The position numbers and the translations under genes were made by a program. Below are positions 1 through 9,100 of a DNA stretch of 32,000 bases, one piece after another (the stretch's first letter is position 1; each line of letters starts with the position of its first letter). Under the pieces are notes generated by a model. That model did no database searches. It saw only the letters and a program-made list of their open reading frames with translations, and had not been told where the DNA came from. The DNA lies in assembly GCF_008065095.1 (NCBI RefSeq), contig NZ_CP042911.1, forward strand, positions 3,540,001 through 3,572,000. The letters run 5' to 3'. Origin of the DNA: Gemmata obscuriglobus (GTDB lineage Bacteria > Planctomycetota > Planctomycetia > Gemmatales > Gemmataceae).

Positions 1-1322
1 TCGTGCAGGCTCTCGTTGGGGGCGTGGGCGTTGCTCGCCGGGTCTTCGATGCCCATCAGCAGCGCGGGGGCGCCGCCGAACAGGTCCGACAGCGGGCCGA
101 CGAACCCGATGGACCCGCCGCACCCCACCGCGACCGGGTCGCGGTCGAAGCCGGTCCGCATCGCCGCGAGGGCGGCCTCGAACGCCGGACCGTTCGGGTC
201 CGTCATCCACCAGTCCACCGGCGGGCCGGCCGGCGTCACGGTGACCTCGCACCCCCACGGCGGGTTGGCCTTCAGGAACGCGGTCAGCTTCTCCAGCACC
301 TGTTCGGGCTTCTGATCGGGCACGATGCGGACGCTCACGAGGGCCGACGCCTTGGGGAGCACCTGGTTGGACGCGCCCTTGATCGAACTCGCCTCCTGCG
401 CGATCACGGTGACCGCCGGGCGGCGCCAACACTGCGCGTACTCGGAGTACCCGGACTCCATCGCGAACCGCGCCCCGGGCACCATCCCGATCGAGCTGCG
501 GATCTTCTCCAGATCGGAAGGCAGCTTGTCGAACGCGACGCGCTCCTTGTCGGAGAGCGCCCGGACTTGGTCGTAGAATCCCGGGATCGGGTACGGCCCG
601 CCCTCGTTGTAAAGCCGACCCAGGATCGCGTTGAGCGCGATGGTCGCGTCGGGCAGGCTCCCGCCGCCCATCCCGCTGTGGACCGGGATCTTCGCGGTGG
701 TCACATCGACCCGCACCGCCACGATGCCGCGCAGTGAGTAGGTGATGCTCGGGGTGCCGACCTCGACGTTCTCGGTGTCGCACACCACGATCACGTCGGA
801 CTTGAGCCGGTCGCGGTGCGTCTCGAAGAACTTCAGGAGGTTCTTCGACCCGACCTCTTCTTCGCCCTCCACGAGCATCTTGATGTTGACCGGGAGCTAG
901 TTGCCGGTCTTCCGGTACGCCGCCACGGCGGCGAGTTGGGCCGAGATCGCGCCCTTGTCATCGGCGGAGCCGCGGGCGTAGAGGCGGCCGTCGCGGCGGG
1001 TGAGCTTCCACGGGTCGCTGAGCCACTGCTCGATGAAATTGACGGGCTGCACGTCGTGGTGCGCGTACAGGAACACCGTGGGTTTGCCGGGCGCTTCGAG
1101 CCACTCGCCGTAGGCGTAGGGGAGCGAGTGCCCGACGCGGAGCACGTCCACGTTGTGCAGCCCGGCGTGGCGCATCTGGTCGCAGGTGAGCTTGGCGGTG
1201 CGCTCGATCTCGGCCCCGTGCTCGCCGTCGGTGCTGATGCTCTGGATCGCGACCAGCTCGGCCAGCCCCTGAACGATCTCCTCGTGGTTCTTGTTGAGCC
1301 AGTCGAGTGCTGCGGCTTGCAT
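1..1322 (-). pseudogene. M20-family metallopeptidase (dipeptidase / ArgE-DapE-CPG2-like) interrupted by an in-frame TAG at 897-899; the C-terminal end runs off the left window edge
   Basis: ORF 897..1364 (probable ATG at 1322: MQAAALDWLNKNHEEIV...YAHHDVQP...RGSADDKGAI...YRKTGN) ends at TAG. My translation of the same frame continues without another stop from 896 to base 1: LPVNIKMLVEGEEEVGSKN...HSGMGGG...GCGGSIGF...GIEDPASNAHAPNESLH. The canonical M20 motifs are therefore split across the stop. The downstream part is missing from the ORF track because it has no stop inside the window. Confidence 0.7.
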
Positions 1323-1452
1323 CGTGGGTCGCTCCGTGGGTGCTCGTGGGCGGTGGTGGTGCAATCACTGTACCGGGCACCCGGGTCGCGGTAAACCCGC
1401 GCGGCTATGCTAACCGGGACTCTCCCGTCCGTTCTTTGCGAGGCGTAACGTT

Positions 1453-2013
1453 ATGTCTGATTCCCCCACGACGCTGGCGAACGAAGTGCGGTTCCGCGCG
1501 AAGTTCCTGAAGGTCGCGTTCCTGGTCAACATCGTGCTGTTCGTGCTGCTGATCGGGGCCGGCACGGCGCTGGTCACCGCCGTGGCGCGGGCGACCGGCG
1601 CCAGTACCCCCGCCAGCGACGAAAAGGACATCCGGGCGGTGCTGGAGGCGCAGGCGGTCGCGTGGAACAAGGGCGACCTGGACGGCTTCATGGCCGGCTA
1701 CTGGAACGACGAGAAGCTGACCTTCATCTCCGGCGGCGACATCACCGGCGGGTGGAAGAAGACCAAGGAGCGGTACGAGAAGCGGTATCAGGCCGAAGGC
1801 AAGGAGATGGGGAAGCTGACCTTCTCGGAACTTCACGTCGAGGCGTTCAGCCCGAACGCGGCGATGGTGCGGGGGAAGTTCGAGCTGGTGTTCGAGAAAG
1901 AAAAGGATGAGAAAAAGAAAACCGCGAGCGGTCGGTTCACGGTCCTCTTGCGGAAGCTGCCCGACGGGTGGAAAATCGTTCACGACCACACATCCGCCGA
2001 CGAGAAGAAGTGA
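1453..2013 (+). CDS. Membrane-anchored SnoaL-like / DUF4440 (NTF2-superfamily) protein
   Basis: ATG at 1453. N-terminal hydrophobic helix (FLKVAFLVNIVLFVLLIGAGTALV), then IRAVLEAQAVAWNKGDLDGFMAGYWNDEKLTF...GRFTVLLRKLPDGWKIVHDHTS, typical of the DUF4440/SnoaL fold. Amino-acid composition looks coding rather than like an antisense shadow ORF. Confidence 0.8.
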   Translation: MSDSPTTLANEVRFRAKFLKVAFLVNIVLFVLLIGAGTALVTAVARATGASTPASDEKDIRAVLEAQAVAWNKGDLDGFMAGYWNDEKLTFISGGDITGGWKKTKERYEKRYQAEGKEMGKLTFSELHVEAFSPNAAMVRGKFELVFEKEKDEKKKTASGRFTVLLRKLPDGWKIVHDHTSADEKK

Positions 2014-2049
2014 GCCCGAAGGGGCATTCTCACCGCGCCTGGAGCTGGT

Positions 2050-3087
2050 TTGCGTTACTCGGCCTGGCTGAACCGCGGCACACTGCTGGGGCTGGTGGTG
2101 GGCGCCCTGTTCACAGCTTGGGGAATCAAAACCGGCTTTAGTTTCTCCCGCCAGGATCTCGGTGACGGGAATAAGGATGTGGCACTCTGGCACTGCGCCA
2201 AACTGTCCAAAGCAATAGACCGTTACGTGGAGCACCCTTCGAATTCTGCACAAGCGCGTCCTCCGACCTTGAGTGCTCTGGACCGCCCACCCTGGGGCGG
2301 TCCGTCCCTCCTTCCGAACGGTCAACGTGATCTGATTGACCCGTGGGGGAATGAGTATTCCATGCAAACTCGAACACGTGCCGATGGTCGGACGTATTCC
2401 CTCATCTTGACTATTGCACCCGACGGGACCGTGATAAGCCAGTACGGGAGTAAACTGAAATCGATGCTTCCCCAAGTAGTTTGCGGCTTTGCAAAGAGAG
2501 CACACATGAAGCGGGTTGGTGCGGTTGAGCGGCAAACACTTCTGGCGCTGGTGCTGGCGATCCCGATCGCTCTGCTCGTCGTCGTGACGTTTTCTCCGTT
2601 TCGGACCACCCCGGCCGACGAGGTCGAACCGGAGCCGGTGGCACCCAAACCGAAATCGAAGCAAGTGACCCCGAAGGGGAAGGGCGGACCGAACGCGAAA
2701 GCGGATCCGGCGTCCGCAGCCGTGCCGCCGCCGCGCGAGGTCGGTGAAGTGGCCAAACGGGAGCAGCAACTCGAACAGGCGCAGGTTGGTTGCAAGCGCA
2801 TTTCGGACGCCGTCACCGCCTACGCCATGAGCCCCGCGAACCCGGGCGCGTCGGACGAGGACCGCTGGCCCATCGAACCCGGGCACCTCATTACCCCGCC
2901 GTTCGGGGGGACATCGTTCCTGCCGAACGGGCAGAAAGATCTCGTTGACCCGTGGGGCAAGTCCTATCAGTTCCGAATTGCTGGTAAGAAAGACGGCGCC
3001 GACATCCTGCTCGTCTTCACCACCGCGCCCGACGGGACACCCGTCAGCCAGTTCGGTATTGGCGCGAAAGCCCAGCCGCAAGAGTGA
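2050..3087 (+). CDS. Tandem-duplicated membrane protein with two GspG-C-terminal-like (DPWG) modules; possibly two fused genes
   Basis: TTG start at 2050 preceded by GGAG. There are two halves, each a TM helix plus a module sharing LPNGQ(R/K)DL(I/V)DPWG...APDGT.(I/V)SQ(Y/F)G. An in-frame ATG at 2506 precedes the second helix. The start codon and the one-gene versus two-gene reading are uncertain. Confidence 0.6.
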   Translation: MRYSAWLNRGTLLGLVVGALFTAWGIKTGFSFSRQDLGDGNKDVALWHCAKLSKAIDRYVEHPSNSAQARPPTLSALDRPPWGGPSLLPNGQRDLIDPWGNEYSMQTRTRADGRTYSLILTIAPDGTVISQYGSKLKSMLPQVVCGFAKRAHMKRVGAVERQTLLALVLAIPIALLVVVTFSPFRTTPADEVEPEPVAPKPKSKQVTPKGKGGPNAKADPASAAVPPPREVGEVAKREQQLEQAQVGCKRISDAVTAYAMSPANPGASDEDRWPIEPGHLITPPFGGTSFLPNGQKDLVDPWGKSYQFRIAGKKDGADILLVFTTAPDGTPVSQFGIGAKAQPQE

Positions 3088-3114
3088 CCCGTCGTTGCGA
3101 AATTTAATGAATCG

Positions 3115-3154
3115 CTTCCGGGGTTGAAGGCACTTCTGATGTGAACCCCGGAGG
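3115..3154 (+). promoter_or_regulatory. Stem-loop overlapping the Shine-Dalgarno and start region of the ECF sigma gene (or terminator of the upstream gene)
   Basis: TCCGGGGTT (3117-3125) is the exact reverse complement of AACCCCGGA (3144-3152), extendable by C3115-G3154 and a T3116-G3153 wobble. The 18-nt loop contains a GAAG/CTTC mini-stem. GGAGG at 3150-3154 lies in the 3' arm. No T-tract follows. Confidence 0.35.
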
Positions 3155-4905
3155 TGACTGTGTCCCAGCGTGTCCGCGGCTTACTCGATCGACTCCTGGC
3201 CCGCCGCAAGGCCGCGTCGTGCGACGGCGTGTCCGACGCCGAACTGCTCCGGCGCTACTCACGCGACCGCGACGAAGCGGCGTTCGAGCTGGTGGTGTGG
3301 CGGCATGGTGCAATGGTGCTCGGCCTTTGTCGGCGTGCACTCCGCGACGAGCAACTTGCCGAAGACGCATTTCAGGCCGTGTTCCTGGTTTTGGCACGTA
3401 AAGCCGGTGGCGTGCGTGGGAATCTCGGCGGGTGGCTGTTCAAGGTCGCCCGCCGCGTGTCGGCCCGGGCCGCGGCGCGCCGGCCCGTCACGCAACCGGT
3501 TCCGGACGTACCCGGAGCAGCCGTTCACGATCCGGTCGAGCGCGGCGAACTGTCGGAACTGCTGGACGCGGAAGTGGCACGCCTTCCGACCCGGCTTCGT
3601 CACCCCGTCGTGCTGTGCTACCTGGGCGGGATTTCAACCGAGGACGCCGCGCGCGAACTCGGCTGCCCGCGCGGCACGGTGCTGTCGCGCCTCGCGGCGG
3701 CCCGGGCGCGGCTGGCGCAGCGCCTGACTCGTCGCGGCATCACGCTACCGGCGGTGCTCGTTGCCACCGGGGGCACCGGCCTGTCGCCGCGCGTCACCTC
3801 TGCCGCGGTCGCACTTGCGCGACAATTCACCACCGGTTCCGGCCCGATCACGACACCGATATCCCTGGCCCACGGAGTGATCCACTCGATGAACCGAACC
3901 ACCCTCTTCACTGCTCTTGGTGGCGTGCTGCTCGCCGCGGCGCTATCAGGCGTCGGGCTTGTGGTCGCCCAGAGCGGTCCGCCCGCCAGCAACGGCGTTA
4001 ACGCGATGGCGCTCCCGGCCGCGCACCCGGGACCCCAAGACGTGCCGGCTAAACCCAAGCCGGCGCCCAACGCGGCCGACCTGGAACTCGACGAGAAACT
4101 TGTGAAGCTCGAGCGATATGAAGCGAGCCTTCGAGCAGAAATCGAGGAGATGGAGGTTATCATCGACGCGCAAGAGCGCATCAGCGGAGCTACCCCAGAT
4201 AGCACGATCCAGTCGCTTCACATCCAGTTGCTCGAAACGGAAAAGTTGTTCGCCTCCGTCAGCCGCGAACTTGATCGGCTGTCCGTCGAGCTCAAAGTGC
4301 TCAAAGGTCGGCTCGAGGACAAGCCGGCAAACTTACAGGGTAACGCGCTTCTTCTGCAGCAACTCGTCGCCGCCGACCCGAATGTCAAAGCGGCCCGGGT
4401 GGCTCTGAAGGACTCCCGCGAGCGGCTCGAACGAGAACAACGCAATGCTCCCCCTGAGAGCCCGCACATTAAAGAGCTCGAGGCGGCCGTAGCTAAGGAC
4501 AAACAGCGTCTAACTGAGGAGGAGAAAGAAGCTCAGGCTTCGGCCGGTGAGGCGCTCCGCGCTCGGTTACTGGCCGAGCTACAGAAGCGAATCCCTGAGT
4601 TGCAACTCCAAGTCGAGATCAAGGAAGTCGAACGAGAAGGAATTAGGCGCGAACGGGAAGCATTGAAGAATGCGATTGACAGCACCGCCGGCCGCGCCCG
4701 GGCGTGCGAAAAACTCAAAAGGGCGATTGAGCCAAAACGCGAGATGCTCACCACACTCAATCGTCATGCTCTCGCGCTCCGCGCCCAGCGTGCGGGAATC
4801 ACGCTGACGGAGCAATCGTCCAGCAATACGAAACTCGATGCAATCCTGAAAGAACTTGTGGCACTGCGGAAAGAGGTGCAGGAATTGAAACGCGGGCAGA
4901 AGTGA
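3154..4905 (+). CDS. ECF-type RNA polymerase sigma-70 family factor fused to a transmembrane helix and a ~300-aa coiled-coil C-terminal extension
   Basis: Region 2 (AFELVVWRHGAMVLGLCRRAL...AEDAFQAVFLVLARKA...GWLFKVARRV) and region 4 (RLPTRLRHPVVLCYLGGISTEDAARELGCPRGTVLSRLAAARARLAQRL). TM helix TLFTALGGVLLAAALSGVGLVVA. Then a Glu/Lys/Leu-rich heptad-like sequence runs to the stop. GTG at 3154 or, better placed after GGAGG, GTG at 3160. Confidence 0.85.
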   Translation: MTVSQRVRGLLDRLLARRKAASCDGVSDAELLRRYSRDRDEAAFELVVWRHGAMVLGLCRRALRDEQLAEDAFQAVFLVLARKAGGVRGNLGGWLFKVARRVSARAAARRPVTQPVPDVPGAAVHDPVERGELSELLDAEVARLPTRLRHPVVLCYLGGISTEDAARELGCPRGTVLSRLAAARARLAQRLTRRGITLPAVLVATGGTGLSPRVTSAAVALARQFTTGSGPITTPISLAHGVIHSMNRTTLFTALGGVLLAAALSGVGLVVAQSGPPASNGVNAMALPAAHPGPQDVPAKPKPAPNAADLELDEKLVKLERYEASLRAEIEEMEVIIDAQERISGATPDSTIQSLHIQLLETEKLFASVSRELDRLSVELKVLKGRLEDKPANLQGNALLLQQLVAADPNVKAARVALKDSRERLEREQRNAPPESPHIKELEAAVAKDKQRLTEEEKEAQASAGEALRARLLAELQKRIPELQLQVEIKEVEREGIRREREALKNAIDSTAGRARACEKLKRAIEPKREMLTTLNRHALALRAQRAGITLTEQSSSNTKLDAILKELVALRKEVQELKRGQK

Positions 4906-4913
4906 AAAAGGCC

Positions 4914-4962
4914 GGGCCGGTGAGGCTTTGGGGACGCTGCCAACCCCTTGACTCACCGGCCC
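4914..4962 (+). terminator. Possible stem-loop downstream of the sigma gene
   Basis: GGGCCGGTGAG (4914-4924) is the exact reverse complement of CTCACCGGCCC (4952-4962). The loop is large (27 nt) with an inner GGGG/CCCC pair, and there is no U-tract, so the call is weak. Confidence 0.25.
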
Positions 4963-5138
4963 AACACAGTCGCTCCCACATTTAAGGAAGGGTCGCTGCC
5001 AAACTCCCCTTCCTCACCATCTCCGATGCGCCCCGCGATCGGGTTATTGCCTCCGCCCCAAACTTTTTTCTCTTGCAGTCGCATCTCCCGTGTGGATCAT
5101 CAGTTCCGTTTCGATCTTCTCATCCGGAACCGCACAAA

Positions 5139-6032
5139 ATGGACACGCTCTCCCGCCGCTCGTTTCTGGCTGCGTCCGCTGCGTCTGCGTCCGCGCTCGT
5201 CTCGGGGAGCTTACACCCCCTGAACGCCAGCGCCACCGAAGCAGCGAAGTTCAAGCTCGGAATCGTCACGTATAACGTGCCCAAAGACTGGGACCTGCCG
5301 ACCCTTTTGAAGGTGTGCAAGGAGGTGGGGATCGCGGCGGTCGAGTGCCGCACCACCCACAAGCATGGGGTCGAACCGGTCCTCAACGCCGATCAGCGGA
5401 AGGACGTGAGGAAGCAGTTCGCGGATTCGGGCGTTACTTTCTGGGGGAGCGGCAGCACCTGCGAGTTCCACTCCGACAAGCCCGAGGTGGTGAAGAAGAA
5501 CGTCGAGGAGTGCAAGGCCTTCATCCAACTGGTCCACGACCTCGGCGGGACCGGGGTGAAGGTGCGCCCGAACGGTGTGCCGAAGGGCGGCGATGAGAAA
5601 AAGACCTTCGAGCAGATCGGCAAAGCCCTTCAGGAGTGCGGTAAGGCCGCTGCCGACGCGGGCGTCGAAATCTGGGTCGAGGTCCACGGCGCCGTTACGC
5701 AACTGCCCAAGAACATGAAGGCCATCATGGAGGCGTGCGGCCACAAGGCGGTCGGGGTGACGTGGAACTCCAACGCCACCGATCTGGAAAACAAATCGGT
5801 GAAGGCGGGGTTCGAACTGCTGAAGCCGTGGATCAAGTCGTGCCACATCAACGACCTGACCAACGACGCCAAGGGCACCTACCCATACCGCGAGTTGTTC
5901 AGACTGCTCCGCGGGATCGGTTACGACCGCTACACCCTGTGCGAGGTCGGCACCGCGTACCCGGACGTGGCGAAAGGCACCGAGTTCCTGAAGGGGTACA
6001 AAAAGCTGTGGGACGAACTGGTGCAAGGGTGA
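5139..6032 (+). CDS. Tat-exported sugar phosphate isomerase/epimerase (xylose isomerase-like TIM barrel) family protein
   Basis: ATG at 5139 gives MDTLSRRSFLAASAASASAL, a twin-arginine signal. The body (FKLGIVTYNV...GIAAVECR...IWVEVHG...CHINDL...YDRYTLCEV) matches the AP-endonuclease-2/xylose-isomerase-like TIM barrel pattern. The ORF track's upstream extension (5073) is probably not translated. Confidence 0.85.
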   Translation: MDTLSRRSFLAASAASASALVSGSLHPLNASATEAAKFKLGIVTYNVPKDWDLPTLLKVCKEVGIAAVECRTTHKHGVEPVLNADQRKDVRKQFADSGVTFWGSGSTCEFHSDKPEVVKKNVEECKAFIQLVHDLGGTGVKVRPNGVPKGGDEKKTFEQIGKALQECGKAAADAGVEIWVEVHGAVTQLPKNMKAIMEACGHKAVGVTWNSNATDLENKSVKAGFELLKPWIKSCHINDLTNDAKGTYPYRELFRLLRGIGYDRYTLCEVGTAYPDVAKGTEFLKGYKKLWDELVQG

Positions 6033-6104
6033 ACGCCGTCGCTATCGGCAGCGCTCACACGCGATCCGGTTGTTGGTGCCCGCTTGGGTTTTTGTCTTTG
6101 TGAC

Positions 6105-6150
6105 ACATTCCTGTCTGTGCAACCTTCATGCGCCGTACAGACAGGAATGT
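6105..6150. terminator. Long perfect inverted repeat between convergent genes (candidate bidirectional terminator)
   Basis: ACATTCCTGTCTGT (6105-6118) is the exact reverse complement of ACAGACAGGAATGT (6137-6150), with an 18-nt loop. It lies between the stop of the + strand TIM-barrel gene (6032) and the stop of the - strand kinase (6191). T-rich run GGGTTTTTGTCTTTG immediately to the left. Confidence 0.45.
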
Positions 6151-6190
6151 CTGTGCCACAAGAAACAGACACGACCAGCCGGCTTCGGTG

Positions 6191-9100
6191 TCAATTGCCT
6201 GGGGCCGCGGGCAACACGGTGTTGAGTACCTTGAGCAACTGGCCCTGTGAATAGGGCTTGTTGAGCGTGTGCTCGATGCCGAGGGCACGGAGTTCGGACA
6301 GCTCCGCGGCCCCCAGCAGCCCGCTGGTCACGATGATCGGGACGTGCGACCGCACCCGGCGCAACTCGCCGACGAGTTCGGCCCCGCTCACCCCCGGCAT
6401 GTGCAGGTCGGTGACGATCACCGCCAGTTGGTCCCCGAGCGCGGCGGCCGCGGCGAGCGCCGCGGCGCCGTTCGCGGCGGTGGCGACGGTGTACCCGGCG
6501 CGCTTCAGGATCAGGCTCGCGAGCTGGCGGATCGAGGTCTCGTCGTCCACGAGCAGAACCGTCTGACCGGCGCCCCGAACGAGCGCCTCGGCCCGCGGCA
6601 GCGCCCCGCTCCGCGACGGGTCCGAAGCGGTCGGGAGGTACACCGCGAACGTCGTCCCCAGGCCGGGTGCGGACGTCACCCGGATGAACCCGCCGTGGCT
6701 CTTGACGATCCCCAGGGCGCTGAACAGCCCCAGCCCGGTGCCCGTGTCCGCCCCTTTCGTGGTGAAAAACGGCTCGAAAATGTGCTCCGCCACGTCCGCG
6801 GGGATGCCGCCGCCGGTGTCGCCGACCTTGAGCACGACGTAGCTGCCGGGGCGCGCGCCGAACTCGGCGAGCGCGTCCGCGGCGGCCTGGTCCAGCTCGG
6901 CGGCTTCGGCGGAGAGGGTGAGCGCGCCGCCCGCGGGCATCGCGTCGCGGGCGTTGACGCACATGTTCAGCAGCACCTGGTGCAGTTGCGTCGGGTTCGC
7001 CAGGAGTGCCGGCAGCCCGGGCGGGTAGGTGACCGTCAGGGCGATGTTCTTCGGGAACGTCGAGTGAACGATTTTCTCCGCCTCGGTGAGCACGGCGCGG
7101 GCCGACACGGCGATCCGGGTGTTCTCCTCGCCGCCCTTGGCGAACGTGAGGAGCTGGCGCACCATCCCGGCGGCGCGGCCCGCGCCGGCCTCGAGCACGT
7201 CGAGCAGCTCCGCGTGGTCCGGGTAGCTGTGCTTGAGCGTCTGGAGCGCCATCGTGATGGGCGCCAGGGCGTTGTTCAGGTCGTGCGCGATGCCCCCGGC
7301 CAGCGTGCCGATCGCCTCGAGCCGGTGCGCGCGGTTGATCTGCCGCTCCAACCGGTGCCGCTCGGTCACGTCGCGGACCGCCGCCGCGGTCACCCACGCC
7401 CCGTCCACCTCCAGCGGGGCCACCCGCACCTCGATCGGGAACACCGTGCCGTCCTTACGGAGCGCGCGGAGGTCGGGGGCCGTTGGGGCGACCGGCACGG
7501 GCGTGTCGCCGCCCGCGTGCCGGGGGCGGTGCAGGACGAACCGGTCCCGGTGCTCGGGCGCCAGGAGCATCTCGGCCCGGTGCCCCAGCAGTTCGGCCCG
7601 CGACCAGCCGAACAGCTCCTCGGCCTGGCGGTTGGCGAGGCGGATCGCGCCCTGGGGGTCGGTCATCACGATCGCGTCGGGGGCGAACTCGAACAGGTTG
7701 TGGAACATCCGCGCCCCGTGCTGGCGCTCGATCTCCGCGCCGACCCGGACCGCGAACAGTTGGAGCACCGGCTCGATCTGCTCGGCGTCGCGGAGCGGCC
7801 CGCGGCTTACGACCCCGAGGTGCCCGAGCGGCCGCCCGGACCGGTCCAGCAGCGCGACCGCGGCGTACCCTCGAGCGCCCAGCCCGGCCAGCCCGGGCTC
7901 GTCCGGGAACTGCTCCCGGACCCGGTCCGGGTACACGACCGCGTCGCGGTGCAGCACCGCCTCGCACGGGCCGCCGGTCAGGGCGTGTTCGTGTTCGGGC
8001 TGCGGCACGCCGTCGATACAGAGGCCGAGCGTTCGCACCCGGGGCGGGGACATGCGCGGGAGCAACTCGGCGACGAAGCCGACCTCCGCGCCCAACACGG
8101 CGGCCAACTGGCGGGCGACGGCGGCAAAGAACTCCGGCCCGGTGAGGCGGGCGAGCTCGGTCGAGAGGAAGCGGAGCACCGTCTCGGTGCGCTTGCGGGC
8201 GGTGACGTCGCGGAGCACCGCCTGCGTGCCGACGGTGCGGCCGTCCTCAAGGACCGCCGTGACGTGGGCCTCGAGCCACACCCGGCTGCCGTCGCATCGT
8301 ACCCCCTCGTACTCGAACCGATCGGGCACGGCCTCGCCGCGCACCAGGCGGTCGTGCCGGTCCCGCAGGGCGGCCCGCCACTCCGGGGCCGCGTGCTCGT
8401 CCAGGGCGACCGGACCGGCCGGCCGGTCGGGGACCCCGAACCACTCCCGGAAGCGCCGGTTCGCGTACACCAGCCGGCCGGCGTTGTCGTCGCGGACCAG
8501 GGCGTCGTGGATGTTCTCCACCAGGTCGCTGTACCGCTGCTCGCTGCGGAGCAGGGCGGAGGCGCGGCGCGCGGCCTCGTCTTCCAGTTCGGCGTTGAGC
8601 CGGGCGAGCTGGTCGCCGCTCACCCGCAGCGCGTGCTCGGTCTCCTTCGCGGCGGTCACGTCGGTGGCCACGCCGTCCCGGACCTGGGACCCGTCCGGCA
8701 GCCGCTCCACGAGCCGCGACCGGAACTGGAACCAGCGCACCCCGCCGTCGGCGTGCCGGAGCCGCGCTTCGACGAGGTCGTTGGCCCCGGTGCGGAGCGT
8801 CTCCGCGATCGACGCCCGCAGCCGCGGCAGGTCCTCCGCGGTGACCAGGTCGAAGAACCGTTCGGGCCGTTCGATCAGGGGCTCGGTCGGGGCGCCGAGC
8901 AGGGCCGCGGCGTTCGGGCTGAGGTAGGTGCAGCGCATCTGCCCGGCCGGGTCGAACACGAGCCGGTACACCGCCGCGCCGACCAGGTTCGTGTTGATGC
9001 CGGAGAGCAGCAGCTCGCGGTCCCGCAGCCGCGCGTTGGCCCGCTCCAGTTCGGCGGTGCGGTCCCGCACCCGCTCCTCCAACTGGTCTTGCGCCGCGCG

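Noticed and set aside
897-899. TAG read as pyrrolysine or another recoded amino acid in the peptidase
   Set aside because: No pyl genes or recoding signals are visible. Pyl decoding is not known in Planctomycetes. Other genes in this window, such as the frame ending at 31055, appear to use TAG as a normal stop. A nonsense mutation or sequencing error is far more likely.
1405-3081. 558-aa minus-strand ORF spanning the SnoaL-like and GspG-like genes
   Set aside because: It crosses an intergenic gap and two + strand genes that have sensible TM helices and family motifs. Its own peptide is Arg/Gly-rich with no recognisable features.
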